Positions 63,601-64,000 of a stretch of 64,000 bases of DNA are shown here, piece by piece (position 1 is the first letter of the stretch; each line of letters opens with the position of its first letter). The notes below the pieces were generated by a model. It was given only the letters and a program-made list of their open reading frames with translations. It searched no databases and was not told the origin of the DNA. The position numbers were made by a program, and so were the translations under genes. The stretch comes from Caecitellus pseudoparvulus (Eukaryota; Protista; Bigyra: Bicosoecida), in NCBI GenBank assembly GCA_965644315.1, contig CBFFRQ010000053.1, positions 612,662 to 676,661 on the forward strand, given 5' to 3'.

Positions 63601-64000
63601 GGCGTGCCCGACACACTCGGGCTCCCGCTCACGCTCGCCGTGCCCGACACCGTGCCAGACGCCGTCCCACTCGCACTGGCCGTCGCCGTACCGCTCACAC
63701 TGGGCGTGCCCGACACACTCGGGCTCCCGCTCACGCTCGCCGTGCCCGACACCGTGCCAGACGCCGTCCCACTCGCACTGGCCGTCGCCGTACCGCTCAC
63801 ACTGGGCGTGCCCGACACACTCGGGCTCCCGCTCACGCTCGTCGTCGCCGTACCGCTCACACTGGGCGTGCCCGACACACTCGGGCTCCCGCTCACGCTC
63901 ACACTGGGCGTGCCCGACACACTCGGGCTCCCGCTCACGCTCGCCGTGCCCGACACCGTGCCAGACGCGGTCCCACTCGCACTGGCCGTCGCCGTACCGC
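36687..64000 (-). CDS. Giant polycystin-1 (PKD1/REJ)-like membrane protein with a Ser/Thr repeat stalk, REJ, GPS, 5 TM and PDZ-like tail (5' end outside window)
   Basis: Single stop-free frame of >9,089 aa. REJ signature NRAPSAG..G..LKDTFRF..WVDDPEDMPLRYSF (~44490-44625). GPS CAWFD..WETEGC..SCACDHLTAFS (~42298-42415). TM1 at ~42040-42110. PKD1-type HPILSL..SRPKRLTVLF and further TM segments at ~40010-41470. Confidence 0.85.
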   Translation of the reverse strand, partial: GTATASASGTASGTVSGTASVSGSPSVSGTPSVSVSGSPSVSGTPSVSGTATTSVSGSPSVSGTPSVSGTATASASGTASGTVSGTASVSGSPSVSGTPSVSGTATASASGTASGTVSGTASVSGSPSVSGTPSVSGTATASASGTASGTVSGTASVSGSPSVSGTPSVSGTATASASGTASGTVSGTASVSGSPSVSGTPSVSGTATTSVSGSRSVSGTPSVSGTATASASGTASGTVSGTASVSGSPSVSGTPSVSGTATASASGTASGTVSGTASVSGSPSVSGTPSVSVSGSPSVSGTPSVSGTATTSVSGSPSVSGTPSVSGTATASASGTASGTVSGTASVSGSPSVSGTPSVSGTATASASGTASGTVSGTASVSGSPSVSGTPSVSGTATASASGTASGTVSGTASVSGSPSVSGTPSVSGTATASASGTASGTVSGTASVSGSPSVSGTPSVSGTATASVSGSPSVSGTPSVSGTATTSASGTASGTVSGTASVSGSPSVSGTPSVSGTATASASGTASGTVSGTASVSGSPSVSGTPSVSVSGSPSVSGTPSVSGTATTSVSGSPSVSGTPSVSGTATASASGTASGTVSGTASVSGSPSVSGTPSVSGTATASASGTASGTVSGTASVSGSPSVSGTPSVSGTATASASGTASGTVSGTASVSGSPSVSGTPSVSGTATASASGTASGTVSGTASVSGSPSVSGTPSVSGTATTSVSGSPSVSGTPSVSGTATASASGTASGTVSGTASVSGSPSVSGTPSVSGTATASASGTASGTVSGTASVSGSPSVSGTPSVSVSGSPSVSGTPSVSGTATTSVSGSPSVSGTPSVSGTATASASGTASGTVSGTASVSGSPSVSGTPSVSGTATASASGTASGTVSGTASVSGSPSVSGTPSVSGTATASASGTASGTVSGTASVSGSPSVSGTPSVSGTATASASGTASGTVSGTASVSGSPSVSGTPSVSGTATASASGTASGTVSGTASVSGSPSVSGTPSVSGTATASVSGSPSVSGTPSVSGTATASASGTASGTVSGTASVSGSPSVSGTPSVSGTATASASGTASGTVSGTASVSGSPSVSGTPSVSGTATASASGTASGTVSGTASVSGSPSVSGTPSVSGTATASASGTASGTVSGTASVSGSPSVSGTPSVSGTATASASGTASGTVSGTASVSGSPSVSGTPSVSGTATASVSGSPSVSGTPSVSGTATASASGTASGTVSGTASVSGSPSVSGTPSVSGTATASASGTASGTVSGTASVSGSPSVSGTPSVSGTATTSVSGSPSVSGTPSVSGTATASASGTASGTVSGTASVSGSPSVSGTPSVSGTATASASGTASGTVSGTASVSGSPSVSGTPSVSGTATTSVSGSPSVSGTPSVSGTATASASGTASGTVSGTASVSGSPSVSGTPSVSGTATASASGTASGTVSGTASVSGSPSVSGTPSVSGTATASASGTASGTVSGTASVSGSPSVSGTPSVSGTATTSVSGSPSVSGTPSVSGTATASASGTASGTVSGTASVSGSPSVSGTPSVSGTATASVSGSPSVSGTPSVSGTATASASGTASGTVSGTASVSGSPSVSGTPSVSGTATASASGTASGTVSGTASVSGSPSVSGTPSVSGTATASASGTASGTVSGTASVSGSPSVSGTPSVSGTATASASGTASGTVSGTASVSGSPSVSGTPSVSGTATASASGTASGTVSGTANVSGSPSVSGTPSVSGTATASASGTASGTVSGTASVSGSPSVSGTPSVSGTATTSVSGSPSVSGTPSVSGTATASASGTASGTVSGTASVSGSPSVSGTPSVSGTATASASGTASGTVSGTASVSGSPSVSGTPSVSGTATASASGTASGTVSGTASVSGSPSVSGTPSVSGTATASASGTASGTVSGTASVSGSPSVSGTPSVSGTATASASGTASGTVSGTASVSGSPSVSGTPSVSGTATASVSGSPSVSGTPSVSGTATASASGTASGTVSGTASVSGSPSVSGTPSVSGTATASASGTASGTVSGTASVSGSPSVSGTPSVSGTATTSVSGSPSVSGTPSVSGTATASASGTASGTVSGTASVSGSPSVSGTPSVSGTATASASGTASGTVSGTASVSGSPSVSGTPSVSGTATASVSGSPSVSGTPSVSGTATASASGTASGTVSGTASVSGSPSVSGTPSVSGTATASASGTASGTVSGTASVSGSPSVSGTPSVSGTATASASGTASGTVSGTASVSGSPSVSGTPSVSGTATASASGTASGTVSGTASVSGSPSVSGTPSVSGTATASASGTASGTVSGTASVSGSPSVSGTPSVSGTATASVSGSPSVSGTPSVSGTATASASGTASGTVSGTASVSGSPSVSGTPSVSGTATASASGTASGTVSGTASVSGSPSVSGTPSVSGTATTSVSGSPSVSGTPSVSGTATASASGTASGTVSGTASVSGSPSVSGTPSVSGTATASASGTASGTVSGTASVSGSPSVSGTPSVSGTATASASGTASGTVSGTASVSGSPSVSGTPSVSGTATASASGTASGTVSGTASVSGSPSVSGTPSVSGTATASASGTASGTVSGTASVSGSPSVSGTPSVSGTATASASGTASGTVSGTANVSGSPSVSGTPSVSGTATTSVSGSPSVSGTPSVSGTATASASGTASGTVSGTASVSGSPSVSGTPSVSGTATASVSGSPSVSGTPSVSGTATASASGTASGTVSGTASVSGSPSVSGTPSVSGTATASASGTASGTVSGTASVSGSPSVSGTPSVSGTATASASGTASGTVSGTASVSGSPSVSGTPSVSGTATASASGTASGTVSGTASVSGSPSVSGTPSVSGTATASASGTASGTVSGTASVSGSPSVSGTPSVSGTATASASGTASGTVSGTASVSGSPSVSGTPSVSGTATTSVSGSPSVSGTPSVSGTATASASGTASGTVSGTASVSGSPSVSGTPSVSGTATASASGTASGTVSGTANVSGSPSVSGTPSVSGTATASASGTASGTVSGTASVSGSPSVSGTPSVSGTATASASGTASGTVSGTASVSGSPSVSGTPSVSGTATASVSGSPSVSGTPSVSGTATASASGTASGTVSGTASVSGSPSVSGTPSVSGTATASASGTASGTVSGTASVSGSPSVSGTPSVSGTATASASGTASGTVSGTASVSGSPSVSGTPSVSGTATASASGTASGTVSGTASVSGSPSVSGTPSVSGTATASASGTASGTVSGTASVSGSPSVSGTPSVSGTATASASGTASGTVSGTASVSGSPSVSGTPSVSGTATASASGTASGTVSGTASVSGSPSVSGTPSVSGTATASASGTASGTVSGTASVSGSPSVSGTPSVSGTATASASGTASGTVSGTASVSGSPSVSGTPSVSGTATASASGTASGTVSGTASVSGSPSVSGTPSVSGTATTSVSGSPSVSGTPSVSGTATASASGTASGTVSGTASVSGSPSVSGTPSVSGTATASVSGSPSVSGTPSVSGTATASASGTASGTVSGTASVSGSPSVSGTPSVSGTATASASGTASGTVSGTASVSGSPSVSGTPSVSGTATASASGTASGTVSGTASVSGSPSVSGTPSVSGTATASVSGSPSVSGTPSVSGTATASASGTASGTVSGTASVSGSPSVSGTPSVSGTATASASGTASGTVSGTASVSGSPSVSGTPSVSGTATASASGTASGTVSGTASVSGSPSVSGTPSVSGTATASASGTASGTVSGTASVSGSPSVSGTPSVSGTATASASGTASGTVSGTASVSGSPSVSGTPSVSGTATASASGTASGTVSGTASVSGSPSVSGTPSVSGTATTSVSGSPSVSGTPSVSGTATASASGTASGTVSGTASVSGSPSVSGTPSVSGTATASASGTASGTVSGTASVSGSPSVSGTPSVSGTATASASGTASGTVSGTASVSGSPSVSGTPSVSGTATASASGTASGTVSGTASVSGSPSVSGTPSVSGTATASVSGSPSVSGTPSVSGTATASASGTASGTVSGTASVSGSPSVSGTPSVSGTATASASGTASGTVSGTASVSGSPSVSGTPSVSGTATASASGTASGTVSGTASVSGSPSVSGTPSVSGTATASASGTASGTVSGTASVSGSPSVSGTPSVSGTATASASGTASGTVSGTASVSGSPSVSGTPSVSGTATSSVSGSPSVSGTPSVSGTATASASGTASGTVSGTASVSGSPSVSGTPSVSGTATASASGTASGTVSGTASVSGSPSVSGTPSVSGTATASASGSPSVSGTPSVSGTATASASGTASGTVSGTASVSGSPSVSGTPSVSGTATASASGTASGTVSGTASVSGSPSVSGTPSVSGTATASASGTASGTVSGTANVSGSPSVSGTPSVSGTATASASGTASGTVSGTASVSGSPSVSGTPSVSGTATSSVSGSPSVSGTPSVSGTATASASGTASGTVSGTASVSGSPSVSGTPSVSGTATASVSGSPSVSGTPSVSGTATASASGTASGTVSGTASVSGSPSVSGTPSVSGTATASASGTASGTVSGTASVSGSPSVSGTPSVSGTATASASGAASGTVSGTASVSGSPSVSGTPSVSGTATASASGTASGTVSGTASVSGSPSVSGTPSVSGTATASASGTASGTVSGTASVSGSPSVSGTPSVSGTATASASGTASGTVSGTASVSGSPSVSGTPSVSGTATASASGTASGTVSGTASVSGSPSVSGTPSVSGTATASASGAASGTVSGTASVSGSPSVSGTPSVSGTATASASGTASGTVSGTASVSGSPSVSGTPSVSGTATTSVSGSPSVSGTPSVSGTATASASGTASGTVSGTASVSGSPSVSGTPSVSGTATASASGTASGTVSGTASVSGSPSVSGTPSVSGTATASASGTASGTVSGTASVSGSPSVSGTPSVSGTATASASGTASGTVSGTASVSGSPSVSGTPSVSGTATASASGTASGTVSGTASVSGSPSVSGTPSVSGTATASVSGSPSVSGTPSVSGTATASASGTASGTVSGTASVSGSPSVSGTPSVSGTATASASGTASGTVSGTASVSGSPSVSGTPSVSGTATASASGTASGTVSGTASVSGSPSVSGTPSVSGTATASASGTASGTVSGTASVSGSPSVSGTPSVSGTATTSVSGSPSVSGTPSVSGTATASASGTASGTVSGTASVSGSPSVSGTPSVSGTATASASGTASGTVSGTASVSGSPSVSGTPSVSGTATASASGTASGTVSGTASVSGSPSVSGTPSVSGTATASASGTASGTVSGTASVSGSPSVSGTPSVSGTATSSVSGTPSVSGTATSSVSGTPSVSGTATASVSGTPSVSGTATSSVSGTPSVSGTATSSVSGTPSVSGTATSSVSGTASVSGTATSSVSGTATSSMSGTATSSVSGTASVSGTATSSVSGTPSVSGTATSSVSGTASVSGTATSSVSGTATSSMSGTPSVSGTATSSVSGTPSVSGTATSSMSGTPSVSGTATSSVSGTPSVSGTATSSVSGTASVSGTATSSVSGTPSVSGTATSSMSGTPSVSGTATSSVSGTPSVSGTATSSVSGTPSVSGTATSSVSGTPSVSGTATSSVSGTPSVSGTATSSVSGTPSVSGTATSSVSGTPSVSGTATSSVSGTPSVSGTATSSVSGTPSVSGTSSLTSSASVTSTPTSSSSVTASVTSSVSPTRTSSVSLGASSSPSSRSTGTSTMTSSSSRTASPTPSSSQTASGSPSSSPTSSSSGTASVTPSSSVTPSATSTITGTPSSTSSGTASRSPSRSVSPSRTGTVTPTSSGTVSVSAVATPSSSASSAPTQSVGASPTRTSSATPTSSATPSPSNLLPAPHLGRAVFNSIGARVVVSFGDDTDQAGLGGKFPCSALFSVSVASEQVFSELPLGTAALEEEAEAAGVTPGHFALDRMLGDGAFCAWASQREVMVSLGAGALLPVGQQLDLLPEKVRRAGGYSEAASGIFFTEAPLNAVAPTIVVKYAQRLGQCDDLYIDASLSTGGAGRPLSFRWEATHFDVAAGAGGSGAQDLMAALVDATTSNSDTVSFPREKLQPGGKYTINLIATNFFQLTSSLAAQRQLVTISVSAAQLPAVQIFGGRSKETPRSRELVLSAVGSAPSCMADAVIPLEYSWRQVSGPSQVSFVQLPDPRAVRIPAGELLAVGASYSFEVTASILGATEHLSSAAIAEVSLSQQAVVPVIEGGSRTAGVLEPLQVSAGRSFDPDISPSVSGVSGIPAGASHQYWFEWSCRVRSTGKSCSELLPAGEFAGLSTIDAFSVSPVLLGEYQGQDLEVGVNVSSVLLFDSSQTWKWAYTSATYTILAGAVPRVTVSQPAGTLLVPSASGTAFKVDVSTRLVLSGAASFSDSALGSQFVFQWNVEAGDVGGTTAGDLFSTPLDQARVALRAGALTPGAAYTLRLDATSAEHPQLGGSTRVFLLANRAPSAGFLESARSTGKALKDTFRFRALRWVDDPEDMPLRYSFWVDPSGGIPSQEELLAKAVGTPLGAKSQDNSIATVLPISTHPQSLVTVVLYVEDSLGSTASSFVRVTASQPLEDGEDPEFAAVSFVSDQVGSATQALAEGNGAKSMAAVSSLAGLLGSASSRQARRSLGGTTAPRFLSGDRNPYVAVVRRHIPFLEFEGLEGLEGSEELTPPVRRQLEDEGGPDPISERAELRERLGRAVQAGLELVVVDDTMRAVALSGLAQVTARPEEVSPSLLNVSHSIVRSLLVSADGQDQVTSSLPIASSMLQVASQLIDADSAVETSRLLQAKRLLRSWVGQHSKGRPSKRAVEDAELALEAEFSSRSCSSDTLRQLASLVHEIAASMTAGALANEGPLMVSSISDSSSIACPSSNFGGVAVQGQVVSLRQGARSGGVLLVPGSGIAPEAVEACHVGDLSDMMTRPVNTQRAAFEFDSGFVDSYDGTENSVALLFAEFRSRPFCTALPDPGDPFVARENGTLSAAAQPLSSFVTDVTLVRGSSEGESSSQSLHLPPSRSGLAYIHLPLVGLKRDMLELPLVHYADSARRRGTSCTKDTLMSEEARLSVPLCPEVGARGAFGELSERQASILDTLTSGDLKARLLSSSPPPAGVHSILRSKDLGELAAQHVVTCPDNASEAWWAGGSEDAAWLDPYRSGSAILEVACPLGTVNVTCTEDMARGNVSVTCPAAAITAACAWFDPGNSSWETEGCVAYAVNATHLSCACDHLTAFSSRFARIGSGLKTTFSGATARQRREPSPDDDDEVQGNSTSTEGGEDNGPVGGGRGSDSAFLADQTYVVVLLSALAVAFVGLLALGIVLDGFQHKHFLAALAEDEEVTMVRNMERVTLRSRGLQHKADGWNVGNERVDQREHYDWARQTCIPCIELRGTRMGDRVAAPTEENTLTGLDQLVAASLGGITSSVSRLSSLGSNVSRTCEHDLYLARKDCVHPERSDGVLTEDRAVRKEGQQQLANRSASLFWRAGLLRLVFQHPILSLCFRFDPRLSRPKRLTVLFTSLVAALAAAAFVFDAAGVVEGQEPVWYELLLLGLISSAVQIPFSLLVSWCLSFAASAEFANAHPALAAEIAARKSFEEEARQQPHFAREVSDEHLYFPSRSRSVYASEQGISQGAASATSGWEREFDDSQSLQSTSPNPEGEKEVHLVHQLRLDVDACGGRVSIPLSHCAAPAPAPDSILHPNDSDVDTEDELLYGWFDAPLCCLENFTVCVQACSRHPSQRAEWVRVSREADFDPWGCCWTGSAARVAPPAPGSIEEAVILDKVGPDTAQRMRARWALRREEIRSSSRACCRVDPEHAVAFPSLSALIARSLQKLAVKAWCRRYPLVGHAVQEAEAHSIEGIDRQTSPVAVSTTSASSTSTLAHQWQPDQEGSMRYVCQCCTLLPPIALRQLASAHCCVYIDGPGRPISWLLGWETPLAWLGVICAHALMLSFILLFGLSRGPGVLLSYVQTFCTTQAVVFLLIHPALILLSMLWSLVLRPSVSPAVAWLPGCGVYCLGLGGRQGPHSRGLSARMEHLTLLRASGRATGLQSHEALVALGSTPVLHAGREGGMVAWLRRQVARAFYAMQRHIHGRAPGSKDIRAQSHSSERGEVPAVGNDGGSPQAGQSPHRLLSTSVRATSSSGEEVVFAASDLDAEGHQFDTAAAEDESDDLQVASRTQGGGEAANQSVAGSRMMLDGRAGALRLAAPSSQQPHGNFGAGPAEHFVPGPRKAGAAPQGPPTTTVKDLLKGKVHAPPITAEVLLQQRCARHYLRERYGKDILELLAPHASLPEQAASSRPASGVRAHSRAWSVLLRAARSGALRRALTHSSPRAGATPSAPEEEGPLHSTPPSAVVVDGAEPGMSAPQSSRRTLSSIVEESPAVAKRGGGPPRIFLAHDSGGASVRVSIVDSTAAHGSTSRSVSAPRPFRHQRGGRLDRTSIAIDIQSARPVRRPAARRSVTIAPPPAVAAHAVVTAMGGGLLATLRALGVPDAAEGVIGQPQEVPPQHRRAGSSQPQLAANPDQIARVTSMPPPAPAAAAPCTGLPETGPAPEPHLSEAAEVPPSVRHGRQLGAQLSLTQEVQPSSPRGVVEVPVPSPVAAAAVTAPARRGDMSMPASVQVQAAEVHLPRTGTVQALDLAGLGLLSSTGRGRGRVALLAPAPAPPAHPTTTLATRGPGPAALPQRGGEVPMARGSDVWFMPGAQAGREVPPVMRVAWLPLPDAPGAAPSEAPAERGAAPGTDLDGPVESASLGRLAQSSAASLPPLSLTLYTPRAGKVHVLVPAPPAQASAVTTPAQRGPGPGPVPGHFRVEATEAAAFGRGIAYAGVSMRRSVVSAADPRLVNLAPVGPGGTGPWREGPQRGGAPHEAVSEACEVSPAHRAATAAGASPAGALESGTCYEVQHTRIHITLAPLAPHPRERTGEDVAGRGGGPGQLLLRGPDTAPTVSRPTSTLRRVQALVVAPAPVQVPGAGQPSALAGSSAPAVHSGPPSASLSAAALAAASAPAQLVRVQAPASRLGAEFRDGRVIALHNDRAAAGVVAVGDSLVAVDGLVRGDAAQVMGEGAQPPAGSPVSVEQLQAALRAAACREDEVEGVVHFWHGGD
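46978..48060. repeat. Coding tandem repeat with a 42-bp unit (SGTATSSVSGTPSV) and 24-bp variants
   Basis: Repeated ccgctcacactcggcgtcccgctcacgctcgacgtcgc(c/t)gt(g/a), with more synonymous variation than the distal array. Confidence 0.95.
48061..64000. repeat. Coding tandem array: 102-bp unit (34 aa, SGTASVSGSPSVSGTPSVSGTATASASGTASGTV) interspersed with 60-bp units and rare 42-bp units; continues past the window edge
   Basis: The 102-bp period is read directly (48061 to 48163). Units are nearly identical, and all unit lengths are multiples of 6 nt. Confidence 0.98.

Noticed and set aside
46978-64000. CRISPR array or non-coding/centromeric satellite
   Set aside because: There are no unique spacers. 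All units preserve the frame and are continuous with the REJ-GPS-TM coding sequence.

Overview
Gene-dense, GC-rich eukaryotic (protist-type) genomic DNA with short GT-AG introns (donor usually GTGCGT), read with the standard code. The organism cannot be named from the sequence, but IFT genes indicate a flagellate. There are three zones. (1) 1-15421: a ~14.1 kb block (988-15126) sits between two ~97%-identical direct copies of a ~300-bp segment (686-987 and 15127-15421). That segment holds the facing 3' ends of two convergent host genes, a PAM2-motif protein and eIF4G. The block has two direct copies of a P-loop NTPase + Mrr-like PD-(D/E)XK nuclease gene (left decayed, right intact) flanking a heavily disrupted SPEF2-like gene, so it looks like a composite, cargo-carrying element. 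(2) 15315-36449: tightly packed housekeeping and ciliary genes: eIF4G, an orphan ORF, an SNase/C3orf33-like gene, a TFIIA-gamma-like gene, an AGC kinase, an RluB-like pseudouridine synthase, CLUAP1/IFT38, SLC35F, IFT80, ARPC5 and CDC5L. (3) 36687-64000: one uninterrupted minus-strand ORF of >9,000 aa, open at the right edge, encoding a polycystin-1-like protein. It has a >=17-kb Ser/Thr-alternating tandem-repeat stalk, a REJ region, a GPS site, five PKD1-type TM segments, no visible PLAT or channel domain, and a PDZ-like C-terminus. All family assignments come from motif recognition by eye, not from database searches.
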